Positions 24,935-37,329 of a DNA stretch of 64,000 nt are shown here, one piece after another. The stretch spans positions 9,550,001-9,614,000 of the forward strand of contig NC_086101.1 of assembly GCF_963921235.1 (NCBI RefSeq), read 5' to 3'. Below the pieces are notes generated by a model. The model did no database searches and was not told the DNA's origin. It saw nothing but the letters and a program-made list of their open reading frames with translations. Every line of letters starts with the position of its first letter. Position 1 is the first letter of the stretch. The position numbers were made by a program, and so were the translations under genes. The stretch is from Mobula hypostoma (taxonomy: Eukaryota).

Positions 24935-25720
24935 CCGCAATGTTGTGCCAAACTTTTAAAACTTGTTCTAAGATCAACCTAACTCTTCCATCCGACATAG
25001 CCCTCCATGTTTCTATCATCCACGTACCTGTAGACATACAGAACATAGAACAGGCCCTTCGGCCAACAATGTTGTACTGAACAAATTAAATTATTGATCA
25101 AATGTCCAACTAAACTAATCCCTTCTGCCTACACAATGTCCACATCCCTCCATTTTGCTCACATTCATGTGCCTATCTGAATGTCTCTTAGAAGCCTCTA
25201 ATGTTTCTGCCACAACCATCACCACAGGCAGCACGTTCCAGACTCCCACCAGCCTCTGTGTAAAGGAAACGCCCGTCAATTCCTTTCAACTTACCCCCCT
25301 CCCACCTTAAATGTATACCCTCTAGTATTAGATATTTCAACTCCAGGAAAAATATCCTGTCTGCCTATTCTATCTCTGCCTTCCATAATCTTATAAACCT
25401 CTATCAGATCTCCCCTCAACCGCTGCCATTCTACCTACCCTGTCTAAGAGTTTGTTAAATGAACCTAATGTATCCACCTCTACTGCCACCCCAGCAGTGC
25501 AATCCACACACCCTCCACTCCCTTGGTAAAGGACTTACCGCTGACATCCCCTCTTTAATTTCCTCCAATCAGCATAAAATTCTGCCCCGCTGGCACTAAC
25601 CACTTGCACCCTGGGAATAGGCTTCTGGCGATCCCTCTTGTACACCTCCATCAAGTCATCTCTCATCCTCCTTCATTCCAAAGGGAAAAAAAAACAGCTG
25701 GCTTAAGCTTTCCTCATAAA
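24935..25720 (-). mobile_element. Nested CR1 3' fragments
   Basis: Two CR1 tails, one inside the other. Confidence 0.75.
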
Positions 25721-26699
25721 ACATACCTCGCCTGAAATTCAACATCGGAAAGTTATGGGTTCTGACAGGGAAGGGCGGCAGTCTAACCTTCTGCTCCTGG
25801 GCCGTGTCTGGTATAGAAGCCCCTCAAAGCCCCCTGAAGTTCAACGCACCCTGGAGGCCACATGGCTGGCAGTGGATCTGTGTGCCCACACTGTTGATGT
25901 ACAGGATCCATCTGAACTGTGTTGAATGAGCAAAACGACAAGTACAGACAGAGACATCCATTCCTACCTGCTCACGTACAGAGGGCAGACGTGCACATGT
26001 TACGCAGGTGCTGGAAATAATAATGACTTTATTATTTCCCGTCAGTCACTTTACGTACAAACTAGAGTCACTTTATGGACATACAATCAATGTATATAAG
26101 CTGTCTTGTGTATTTACATCTATTGTGTGACTTTTAAAGTTATTATTGTTGTGTTCCATGTATTTTGTCTGTGTGTTTTTGTGCTGCATCAATTCCGAAG
26201 TAACAATAATTCTGTTCATCTTATTCTTGTGCACAGTAAATGGCATTAAACAACCTTGAATCTTGGACACTTGCTGGGCTGCCCCTGGCCCATCCATAGA
26301 TTGTGTTGGTTGTTAACACAAACGACTCACTTCGCTGCATGTGTCGATGTACCTGCGATAAATAAATGAATTTGAATCTGAGTCATGCACTGTGAATGTT
26401 GCACCCGCGTAGGTTTTCAATGAATAAAAATAAACTTGAAATAGCAACACTGTGGGCCAAAGGGCCTGTTCCTGTACTATACTGTTCTGCGTTTCTTTGT
26501 ATTCCGAAAGTTATGAGTTTGATGTGGACTGTGGAAAGGAGAGGCCAGTTGTTAATGTGGTGCTGGGGGAGATTTGTGGTGTGGGAGGGGCCAGTACTAC
26601 AGGATGGGGGGGGAGTGAGGATGGGTGTAATGACAGAGGGGTGGTGGAGGGGGTGGTAATGAGGAGGGGTGGTACTGAGAAAGGGATGGTGCTCGGGGG

Positions 26700-26960
26700 G
26701 AGGTAATGCGGGGGTAAATAGTATTGAGGGGGTGGATGGTACCGGGAGGGATATTGAGGGGGTTGTACTTGGGGGGGGGGATATTGAAGGGGTGGATGGT
26801 ACTGGGAGGGGTATTGAGGGGGTTGGCTTTGGGGGGTGGTATTGAGGGGGTGGATGGTACTGGGGGGGATATTGAGGGGGTTGTATTTGGGGGGTGGTAT
26901 TGAGGGGGTGGATGGTACTGAGTGGGGTGAAATTGAAGTGAGGTAGTACTGAGGGGGTTT
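26700..26960. repeat. G-rich minisatellite, about 58-60-bp dimeric unit
   Basis: About 3.5 copies of RTATTGAGGGGGTGGATGGTACTGGGNGGG+RTATTGAGGGGGTTG..TTGGGGGG. Confidence 0.9.
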
Positions 26961-27139
26961 TACAGAGGAAGGGTATGGTGCTGAGGTGTGGGGTTTAGAG
27001 GGAGGACATAGTGCTGAGGGAGGGGTGATAATGATGGGGTTAGTTGTGGGAGAGTGTGTATGCTGATGTTGTGCTGTACTGTGGGAGGGTCAGTGTTAAT
27101 GGTGCATCCCTCTGTTGGAGGGTTATTTTGAAGGAGGAT

Positions 27140-27261
27140 GGGGACTTTCCCACCCTGGTGCTCCACACTAATGTCCACACTGCAGGAAATTTGCAAACCA
27201 ACCCCATGACTGCAGCTTCCACTTTACAAAAGTTTGAATAAAAATCTTTGTGGAATATCCC
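27140..27261. promoter_or_regulatory. Cluster of NF-kB-like motifs
   Basis: GGGGACTTTCCC at 27140-27151, GGAAATTTGC at 27185-27194, GGGATATTCC (minus) at 27252-27261. Confidence 0.4.
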
Positions 27262-27734
27262 AAAGTTGCAAAAGAAACTCAGGTCTCTCTCTCTCTCTCT
27301 CTCAGACACACAGACACACCAGGGTCCCAGGAATTGTGGTATCGATGCTCATTCCGTCCCTAGAACTGGTTCTGTTCCTCGTCACAGAGACGTACACCAG
27401 GGGAACAGGCCCTTCAGCCGAGCAACTCCATCCCCACCATAGACCACCCATTTCACTCTCCCCTTCATCCCAACAATTCCTCTCAGGTATATCGGTGAGT
27501 TATCCAACAGTGGCCAGGGACAGACTCCCCACATCTTTGAGATGAGGGAGGCAGACTGAGCAGGAAGTGTCAGGATAGAACGTGGGACAATGACTCTACC
27601 AACAGCGCCATCGAGCCGATCACCCTCTCACCTACTGGCTGAACCTGAGCTGATCAGTCAGACAGACCCCATCCGAGCAACAGAGTCTCGATTTCCAGCA
27701 GATCTTGTCTTTATGATTCTAATTTCAATTATAA

Positions 27735-27990
27735 ACACCAGAGATTCTGCAGAAGCTGGAAACCCAGAGCAAAGTGCTGGAGGAACTCAGCAGGCAGGCA
27801 GTAGCTGTGGAGGGAATCAACAGTTGATATTTGGGGCCAAGAACATTTATCAGGACTGGGAAGGGAGGGGCAAAAACCAGAATAAGAAGGTGAGGGGAGA
27901 GGAAGGACTACAAGCTGGCAGGTAATAGGTGAGACCAGGTGAGTGGTTGGTGGTGGGTGGAGGGGAGTAGAATGAAGTGAGAAGCAGGAG
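27735..27990 (-). mobile_element. Penelope 3' remnant
   Basis: TCTGCAGAAGCTGGAAA..GCTGGAGGAACTCAGCAGG terminus. Confidence 0.7.
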
Positions 27991-28134
27991 AGGGTGCAGG
28001 GGGATTTGCCAGCCTGGTGGACTCGGCCAATGTCCATTCTGCAACTCCTGTTCTCACAGTCACAGGGTCAAACATCACAGAAACAGGCCCTTCAGCCCAA
28101 CTAGTCCATGCCAGCCGAGACACCCATTTAAAAA

Positions 28135-28882
28135 AAACATAGGAAATCTACAGCACAATACAGGCACTTCAACCCACAGAGTTGTGCCGAACATGTCCCT
28201 ACCTTAGAAATTACTAGGCTTACCCATAGCCCTCTATTTTACTAAGCTCCATGCACCTATCCAAAAGTCTCTTAAAAGACCCTATCGTTTCCGCCTCCAC
28301 CACCGTGCCGGCAGCCCATTCCACGCACTCACCACTCTCTGCATAAAAAACTTAACCCCGACATCTCCTCAGTACCTACTCCCCAGCACCTTAAACCACT
28401 GTCCGCTTGTGGCAACCATTTCAACCCTGGGAAAAAGCCTCTGACTATCCACACGATCAATGCCTCTCATCATCTTATACACCTCTGTCAGGTCACCTCT
28501 CATCTTCCTTCGTTCCAAGGAGAAAAGGCCTAGTTCACTCAACCTGTTTTCATAAGGCATGCTCCCCCAATCCAGGCAACATCCTTGTAAATCTCCCCTG
28601 CACTCTTTCTATGGTTTCCACATCCTTCCTGTAGTGAGGCAACCAGAACTGAGCACAGTACTCCAAGTGGGGTCTGACCAGGGTCCTATAAAGCTGCAAC
28701 ATTACCTCTCGGCTCCTAAATTCAATTCCACGATTTATGAAGGTCAAAACACCGTGTGCCTTCTTAACCACAGAGTCACCCTGCGCAGCAGCTTTGAGCG
28801 TCCTATGGACTCGGACCCCAAGATCCATCTGATCTTCCACACTGCTAAGAGTCTTACCATTAATACTATATTCTGCCATCAT
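28135..28882 (-). mobile_element. CR1 3' portion (young subfamily)
   Basis: RPHLEYCAQFW..HYRKD..ERVQ motif; highly similar to 42778-43540. Confidence 0.92.
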
Positions 28883-28967
28883 AATGTATAGTCCCATTTG
28901 CCAGTATTGGTCCATAACCATCTAAAACTTTCCTATCCAATAAAAATAGTTGATAGAGTGGACAATA

Positions 28968-29275
28968 GAGTTGGCGCGTGGCCAGATGGTTAAGGCGTCG
29001 GTCTAGTGATCTGAGGTTCACTAGTTCGAGCCTCAGCTGAGGCAGCGTGTTGTGTCCTTGAGCAAGGCACTTAACCACACATTGCCCTGCAACGACACCG
29101 ATGCCAAGCTGCATCGGCCGGAGTGCCCTTCCCTTGGTCAACATCGGTGTTGTGGAGAGGGGAGTCTTGCAGCATGGGCAACTGCTGGTCTTCCATACAA
29201 CCTTGCCCAGGCCTGTGCCCTGGAAACCTTCCAAGGCGCAAATCCATGGTCTCACGAGACTAATGGATGCCTATA
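28968..29275 (+). mobile_element. tRNA-derived SINE inserted in a CR1 fragment
   Basis: A and B boxes; TSD AGAGTGGACA at 28955-28964 and 29279-29288. Confidence 0.85.
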
Positions 29276-30214
29276 AAAAGAGTGGACAGTTAGCGTATTT
29301 TTCCCAGGACAGAAATGGTTGATTCAAGAAGGCATAACATTGGGGTGTTTAAAGGAAAGGGGAGGGTAGATGTCAGAGGTAGGTTTTTTTCGCAGAGATT
29401 AGTGGTGACAGGGACGCTGGTGGAGGCAGATACTTCAGGGACATTTAAGAGACACTTAGACAGGCACACAGATGATAGCAAAACGGAGGGAAGGGTAGAT
29501 TGATCTTGGAGCAGGTTGAAAGGTGAGCACAACATTGTGGGCTGAAGGGCCTGCTGTTCTGTAATGTTCCATGTTCTATCCAAGTCCCTGTCCAACCACC
29601 TGTTAAAAGTTGTTAATACAGCAGCCTCAACCACTTCCTCCATCAGCTCATTCCAAAAATACACCATGTTTTGTGTAAAAACTTGTGTAAAAAAGCATAG
29701 ACACGAAGATTTTGGAAATCCTGAGTAACACACACAAAACGCTGAAGAAACTCAGCAGGTCAGGCAGCATTCTTGGAGAGGAATAAACAGTCGATATTTT
29801 GGGCTGAGACCTTCGTCAGACTTGGGAAAGTCTTGTCACCTCACGCTGTCTTCTCACTTTAACCATCGGGCAGCAGGTACAGGAGCCTGAGACCCACACC
29901 ACCAGGTCCAGGAACAGTTATTACCTGACAACCATCAGCTCCTGAATCAGTGTGGATAACATCACTCACCTCAACACTGAACTGATTCCACAACTGAGAG
30001 CCTCACTTTCAAGAACTCGACAGTTCATGTTCTCAGTATTGTTATTTATTTATTTGTTAATTATTTGCACAATATGTCTTCTCTTGCACATTGGTTGTTT
30101 GTCAGTCTTTGTTTATGTGGAGTTCTTTATTAATTCGACGGCATTTATTTTCCAGTAACACGTAAAACATGCTGGAGGAACTCAGCAGGTCAGGCAGCAT
30201 CTGTGGAAACGAAC

Positions 30215-30250
30215 AGTCAACATTTCGGGCCGAGACCCTTCGTCAGGACT
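30215..30250 (-). ncRNA. Minimal hammerhead ribozyme motif in a solo Penelope terminus (30157-30250)
   Basis: agtc-CTGACGA-agggtctcggccc-GAAA-tgtt-gact. Confidence 0.6.
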
Positions 30251-30399
30251 CATGATAATCAGCCTGATTCTGAAAACTAGATTAGTGAACAGTGGAAATT
30301 CTCAACTGCTCAGTGCATGTGGGGAGAGAAACAGCAAGAAGCTGAAGAATACTTCAGAAATCTAAAACTACAAAAAAAAAATAGAAAGATCAGACTGAT

Positions 30400-30650
30400 A
30401 ATCACGGTTGTGTTGCAGCTCGGGGCATCAGAGTTCAGAGTTCAATTCCCATGTTGTCTTTACGAAGTTTGTGCATCCATCCTGTCAGTGTGTGGGTTTC
30501 CTCCAGGTGCTCCTGTTTCCTCCCACATTCCAAAGATGTACCAGTTCGTAGGTTAATGAGGTATTGTAAATCGTTCAGGGTTAAGTCGGAGGGTCGCTGT
30601 GTGGTGCAGCTTGTTGGGCCAGAAGCGCCTGATCGGTGCTGTATCTGGAA
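30400..30650 (+). mobile_element. tRNA-derived SINE (V-SINE/HE1-like)
   Basis: GAGTTCAATTCCC B box and GTGGGTTTCCTCCAGGTGCTCC core. Confidence 0.7.
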
Positions 30651-30684
30651 ATAGTCATACAAAAATAGGAATTCTGATTCTGAT

Positions 30685-31350
30685 CTGAGAGACAATATCA
30701 CCTGCTCCAGGAACACCACTGGGATTGTGAAACGGGCCCAGCAGAGATTGCACTTTCTGAGGAAGCTTAAACAAGCATCACTCCCCACTAACATCTTAAC
30801 TACATTCTACAGAGGCGTGGTTGAGAGCGTGCTGACCTTTTGCATCACAACCTGGTACTCCAGCTGCAATGCTGTCGACAAAAAAGCCTTGCAGAGGGTG
30901 GTTAGGGGAGCAGAGAAGGTTATTGGGGTCTCCCTACCTTCTGTCCAAGACCTCTTTCAGAGTCGATGCCTCCAGAAGACACAGTACATCATTAAAGACC
31001 CCTCACACCCTCTCCATGAACTGTTTGTTCTTCTGCCATCAGTTACAGGAGCATCAAAACTAAAACCACAAGGCTACTAAACAGCTTCCTCCCACAGGGA
31101 GTCAGACTGCTAAATAGCTGCTCCACCTGACTCTGCTTTGGACACTTTTAACTTGCACTGGACACTTATTACTGATTTTAACTGACATGTGGCTGTTGTG
31201 TTTTACTATTTATTGTTATGTTTATTATTTAGTGTTGCGTTTGCTATGTTATGATTGCACTGCCCCTGAGAAACGCTGTCTCATTCTGCCCTGCAGAGCT
31301 GATGTATGGTTAGAATGATAATAAAGTTTTTTGAATCTTTGAATCTTGAA
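30685..31350 (+). mobile_element. Rex1/Babar 3' portion
   Basis: KRAQQRLHFLRKLK...ESVLTFCITTWY...IIKDPSHP motif and TTGAATC tail. Confidence 0.9.
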
Positions 31351-31733
31351 GAGATGGTAGGAATTGTCGGCGCATCAGGACTCAGTTGGCATGGGTGAGC
31401 TGGGCCCAAGGAACTGTTTCCCTGCTCTCTCAACTCCAGGGCTCTGCTTTTTTTAATGGCGCTACAGAAATGCTGGCGCATCAGGGAGAAGTATCCAGGC
31501 CAGCTGTGTTTATGCTGACTGCTAAAATTAGTCGGCCAATAAATAACATTGCAATGTGAGTTGTGTAATTAGAAGTGGATATGGCCAAATCATCACCGAT
31601 CACTGCCCAAGAACAGTTACAGTGACTGACCACAGCTACTTCCTGACTCACAATCTCGCAGGTAATCCTATTGGTCCGACGCCAAACCAAACCCGCCCCA
31701 ACCCACGCTATCCGACAGCGAACCCGCACTCAC

Positions 31734-31787
31734 AAGCACCAGCGCATGTGTCAGGGCAAGAGTTGCGCTGGAAACGGGATCTGGCTT
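31734..31787 (-). CDS. Candidate exon, 54 nt: KPDPVSSATLALTHALVL
   Basis: Strong acceptor ttccttgtggctctttcag|AAG and donor CTT|gtgagt; phase 0-0 fits both neighbours. Confidence 0.6.
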
Positions 31788-32012
31788 CTGAAAGAGCCAC
31801 AAGGAAGTTGTAGCTCGCTGCTTGCAAGCGAGTGCACCTCGTGCTGTGTAAAACTGAAGTCCTACCAGGGCGTTTTGTTTGAGAACTGTTTCGTTATTGC
31901 TCAGGAACTTCTTCCTGGCCTCAGTGACAGATGATGGACTGATTGCACAATCGACATTGCCTTGTGTTTAATGACTAACTCCAGAGTTCAATGCTAACAC
32001 AATGCACATCCT

Positions 32013-32490
32013 AAACACAAGAGATCCTGCAGATAGAGGAAATCCAGAGCAATACACACAAATGCTGGAGCAACTCAGCAGATCAGGCAGAATTTACAGA
32101 GAGGAATGAACAGTCGACATTTTAGGCTGAGACACTTCATCAGGACCGGAAAGGAAGGGGGCAGAAGCCAGAATAACTTACTTTTCCATTCCTCATTCTG
32201 GTTACACTCTCAGCCCTTCTCTTCTCCTCACCTGCCCATCATCTCCCTCTGGTGCCCCCTTCTCCTCCCTGTCTTCATGGACCAGTGTCCTCTCTGACCA
32301 GATTCCTTCTTTTTCAGATCTTTACCTCTTCCACCTTTCACCCCACAACTTATTCCATCAACCAACGCCCCCACCTCCCCAGTCCACCCAGCTTCCCACT
32401 CAGCTGGACTCACCTGTCACACCTTCTCCACGTCCTCAGCTTCTGCCCTCACCTTCTTATTCTGGCTTCTTCCCACTTCCTTTCCAGGGG
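32013..32490. mobile_element. Penelope-derived remnant with pieces in opposite orientation
   Basis: Terminus on the minus strand followed by the pyrimidine-rich 3' region on the plus strand. Confidence 0.6.
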
Positions 32491-33094
32491 ACCTCAGGGG
32501 ACAGAAGGCAAGGCAGGAATGATGTAAATATCACGTGGAAGGGGCTTCCCGAATGCCATCGCTCGATGTGTGAAAGGGAAAATGTAGCACTTCTGCATTT
32601 TCCATCTTCAAGTTGCAAAGTTTCCTCTGGCTGTCACACGGAATGAATAATGCTACTTTCTGTATGAGCAGAAACACCTACCTCCACTCAGATCCCACCA
32701 GATCGGCATCTTTACTGAGTTTCCGAAACCTCGTGTCAGGACGGAAACCAATCCAGACGAGTGATGTTTTAACCATTTATGGTGAGTGCACTTTCCAGGC
32801 AGGCTGCTATCCTGGGGCTCTCTGACCCTCTGTAACCCTGAGGTCAGACTCCAAGAAGTCGCTCATGACAGCTGAAGCTGCTGAACAAGGAACCGCAGAC
32901 ACTGAGAGCAAAGCAGAAATGCTGGACGGACTCAGCCAGTTAAACAGAATCTGTGGAAGAAACCGGTTAACATTTCAAGCTGAAGGACCGACAACGGAGA
33001 TGAGACGAAGAGAAAGCTTTTTAGTCTCAGCGGCAGAGAAGAAAAGGGATTCAAGATTCAAGATTGAAGTTTATTTGTCATCTGCACATCAAAA

Positions 33095-33610
33095 CAGTCT
33101 CCTTAAGGTTGTCATTGCCAGGGGTGGGTGCAGTGGTAAGCTCCCACTACCTACCAATGGTGTGTGTCTCAATTAGCCTCTGACAACCAAGTCAAGCTCC
33201 CTGCCTTCGCTACTAATCCCATGGAGCCACTGCTACTGACAGGAGAAGGGGCAAAGGCGGGTTACTGCTGCCTTAAACCAGTCGGTTTGGGAAAATGGGG
33301 CTCCTCAGCCATGGTTGGAGGTGCACATGGGAGAATGAAAACTCCGATCTGAAACCTCCGCTGCCTTGAGGCTACACCCACTCGCAGAGAAGGCTTTGGG
33401 AGTAAACCTTGAGGAAAAATCTGGAGATGATGTCCCAAAGACAGGCCTGCGCTGAGTTCAGTGCAAACTGGCAACTCCTGCAACACTGCTGGTGCCAACC
33501 TGTATTGGTCTCTGCTGTAGTTTGGATCGATCAGCGGCGGAGCCTGATACAGAGGCATCATCCTCCTCTCCATATTGTGTTGCCCTGCCTTGCGTATACC
33601 CTGTAGATAG
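33095..33610 (+). mobile_element. Non-coding interspersed repeat, possibly RTE-related
   Basis: GGAGAA.GAAAACTC..A..TGAAACCTCCGCTGCCTTG motif resembles RTE 5' regions from recall; class uncertain. Confidence 0.4.
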
Positions 33611-35169
33611 CCAGGACACATCATTCATGGTAGACCCCAATCAACGGGGGTCTCTCCTACATCAAAGCATGCAGTGAAATGTGTCGTTTGCATTAACTAC
33701 CAGCGCACCCAAGAGAGTGCTGGGGGCAGGTGTCGCCACACATACCAGTGCCAACACAGCATGCCCACAATGCCCGGCAGAGCAACACGGAACACAATAA
33801 GCAACAAAACAACAGCAAGAAGAAGCCTCATTCCTCCCTCGTACAAACACAGTCTTTAACCGCAGCACAGACCTCCAGCTCCAGCCCAGTGGGCACGGGA
33901 TGTCTGTGATGTGAAAACCTGGGCAATTTTCTCAAGTTTAGTTCAATATCAAGAACAGTGAGGTACTGGTACAGTGAAAACTCCCTTGCAGCTCCATCAC
34001 AGACACATAACCACATAATATAAATGATGCACAAATTATACACAAATATTTCAGCTTCCTTTTCTGTGAAACCACTGAAGGTGTTATTTTCCTGACAATC
34101 AGCAGGCCAAAGTCTTTATTTGTCAGTCTGGTTTGCATTTCTATCTGACTGTCTCTTTTCATACGAAACATCATCTTTATCTGTCATTTATCTGCCCAAC
34201 AGAAATGAATGCAAAAAAGTGAGATATTTCCTTCAGTTATGTAGGCCATTGGTTAGACCACATCTTGACATGCTGCACACAGGGTTTGCTTACTGTCTTT
34301 CAAATTTCCAGCATCTGCACACAGGTCCTGAGCCCAGCAATTCCACACCGACCATCAAGCACCAACTAATCCCATGTCGTGCTTCCCACACTCCATCAGG
34401 CAGCAAGATACAGGGGCCGAATTAGACTATTTGGCCCATCGAGTTTGTTCCACCACTCAATTCTGGCTGATTTTGCCTTCCCTCGTTTCCCCATTCTCCA
34501 TTGCCCTTAACCACCCCTCATCGATCAAAAACCTACCTTGATCTCTTTTCTGCTCTCTCTTTTCACTTTAATTTAATTTAATTTTCTGTGTACATTTCTT
34601 CTTGAAGTTTATATAATGTTTATGTGTTACTCTGTACTGCTACTGCAAAACAACATATGTCAGTGATATTAATTTTATTGTTTTATTTTATTTAGAGATA
34701 CAGCACATAACACACCCTTCCAGCCCAACAAGCTCCACTGCCCAGCAACCCAGCTACCTAACCCCGGCCTAATCACTGGACAATTTACAATGACAATTAC
34801 CCAATTAACTGGTAGATCCCTACACTGTGGGAGGAAACGGGATCACCCAGAGGAAACCCACACACACACAGGAAGGAATGCACAAATTTGCTTACAGAGA
34901 ACGCCAGCATTGGACTCCAAACTCCGAAGTCCACCCACTGACTTGGCCTCCACAGCCCTCTGAGGCAATGAATTTCACAGATACATCACAATCAGTCTGA
35001 AAAAAATTTTTCCCCATCTTCAGTCTAAAGATACATCCCTTTAATCTGTGACTGTGCCCTCGAGTACTCGACTCTCTTCCTCGTAAAAGCATCGAATCAT
35101 AGAACATGACAATGTTGGACTGCGACCAATCAATCAGCAGGAATGCATTAAGAGAGCCACGTTTTGTTG

Positions 35170-35720
35170 TACATATAGTTGTACCGTGGAGAGCATTCTG
35201 ACCGGCTGCATCACTGTCTGGTACGGAGGGGCTATTGCACAGGGCCAAAAGAAGCTGCAGAAGGTTGTAAATCAAGTCAGCTCCACCTTGGGTCTAGCCT
35301 ACAAAGTACCCAGGACATCTTTAGGGAGCGGTGTCTCAGAAAGGTAGCATCCATTATTAAGGACCTCCAGCACCCAGGGCGTGCCCTTTTCTCACTGTTA
35401 CCATCAGGTACGAGGTACAGAAACCTGAAGGCACACATTCAGCGATTCAGTAACAGCTTCCTCCTCTCTGCCACCTGACTCCTCAATGGACATTGAAGCT
35501 TTGGACACTACCTCACTTTTTTTAATATACAGTATTTCTGTTTCTGCACATTTAAAAAAAATCTATTGAATATACATAATTGAATTACTTGTTTATTTAT
35601 TATGATGTTTTATTTTTTTCTCTCTCTCTTTCAGCTAAATTACATATTGCATTGAACTGCTGCTGCTAAGTTAACAAATTTCACATCACATGCTGGTGAT
35701 AATAAACTTGATTCTCATTT
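35170..35720 (+). mobile_element. Rex1/Babar 3' portion
   Basis: VESILTGCITVWYG...IIKDLQHPG.ALFSLLPSG motif. Confidence 0.88.
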
Positions 35721-35839
35721 TCAACCAGGTCCACAATGGAGATTTAAAAGGCAGAACTTTGTGGCAGTTTCTCAGCGTTGGACTGCGACCAACCACCAAG
35801 TGGGATTCCTTCCAAAATGCAAATACAAATAACACAATT

Positions 35840-37095
35840 GCAAGCAGAGCGGCCATTCCTTTGATTGTGCCAGTGTTTAGAGTGACTTTGGCTCGTCTGG
35901 CTTCTGCGAGTTCAGGCTCGGTTGAAGTAAACCATCTGATAAGTTCCCCTTTTTTGTACTTAATTATTCATTCCTCGACTGTTTGGGCATAATACTGCAG
36001 AGAGAATGACTCCAGAGTACTCCAGCTTTGAACTGAGTGTGAGATGTGGGAAATCTGGGAGACCTCCTGTCTCCTGGATAACCACATCGGCACCAGGTGC
36101 ACCGAGCTGCAGCTCCTCAGGGAACGCACTAAGGAACTGGAGCTGCAGCTCGATGACCTTCAACTCATACAGGAGGCTGAGGAGGGGATAGACAGGAGCT
36201 GCAGGGTGGTAGTCACCTCTTGGTTACAGAAGACAGGTAACTGGGTGACTGTCAGGACAAAGAGGGGAAATGCATAGCCAGTGCAGAGAACTCCTGTGGC
36301 CATTCCCCTCAATAATAAGTCTACAACTTTAGCCATTGTTGAGGCAGACGACTGACTGGGGGAGCAATAGTGACCGGGTCTCTGCATTGAGTCTGGTGCT
36401 GTGGCACAGAAGAGCAGAGAGGTGAAGAGGACTGCCATGTTGATCGGAGGTTCTGTGGGCACGATAGAGACATGCGGATGGTATGTTGCCTCCCAGGTGC
36501 CAGGTTCAGGGATGTCTCAGTTCGGGTCGACGGCATCCTCAAGGGCAAGGGTAAGCAGCCGGAAGTCTTGGCATATATTGGCACCAATAACATAGAAACA
36601 TGGAAACATAGAAAATAGGTGCAGGAGTAGGCCATTCGGCCCTTCGAGCCTGCACCGCCATTCAGTATGATCATGGCTGATCATCCAACTCAGAACCCTG
36701 TACCTGCCTTCTCTCCGTACCCCCGATCCCTTTAGCCATAAGGGCCATATCTAACTCATAGGTAGACAAGGTGAGGAGTATCTGAAGAGAGGTTTTAGAG
36801 AACAAGGTAGAAAGTTGAAAAACAGGACCTCCAGGGTGCTGCCCATGCAGTGTCCCAGTGAGGGTAAGAATGGGATGATTTGGCAGGTGAATGCGTGGCT
36901 GAGGAACTGGTGCAGGGGGCAGGGGTTCAGATTTCTGAATCATTGGGATCTCTTCTGGGGAAGGTACAATATGTACAAAAAGGACGAATTACACCTGAAC
37001 CCGAAAGGGACCAATATTCTTGCGGATAGGTTTGCTAGAGATTTTCGGGAAGGTTTTAAACTAATTTAGCAGGGGGGTGGGAACTGGACAATGAG
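35840..37095 (+). mobile_element. CR1 5' region: ORF1 (zinc-finger, coiled-coil, SGNH esterase) with a small inserted CR1 tail
   Basis: MWEIWE..CTELQLLRERTKELE and HIGTN...NAWLRNWCRGQGFRFLNHWDLFWGR..DELHLN motifs. Confidence 0.85.
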
Positions 37096-37329
37096 GTCAT
37101 TGGTTTACGAACAGAGGCTGTGTGTGGTGACACTCCAAGCAAGGAGAATCTGATGATAGGTCAGAAGTTGATTCTGATTCTGAAAGGGAAAATTGATCAG
37201 CCGTGATGAAATGGTGGAGCAGACTCCATGGCCAAATGGCGTAATTCTGCTACTGTATCTTGCAGTCTCACTACAGCACAGCAACAGAAATAGGCCCTCA
37301 GTCCATATATTCTGTGATGAACGATTATT

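Noticed and set aside
25726..25918. Possible minus-strand exon after a good acceptor
   Set aside because: No frame and donor combination fits phase 0-0, and no recognisable protein.
19570..31787. Similarity of HALVLNHLY to AMPK-beta HVMLNHLY
   Set aside because: Only a short match; flanking sequence does not agree.
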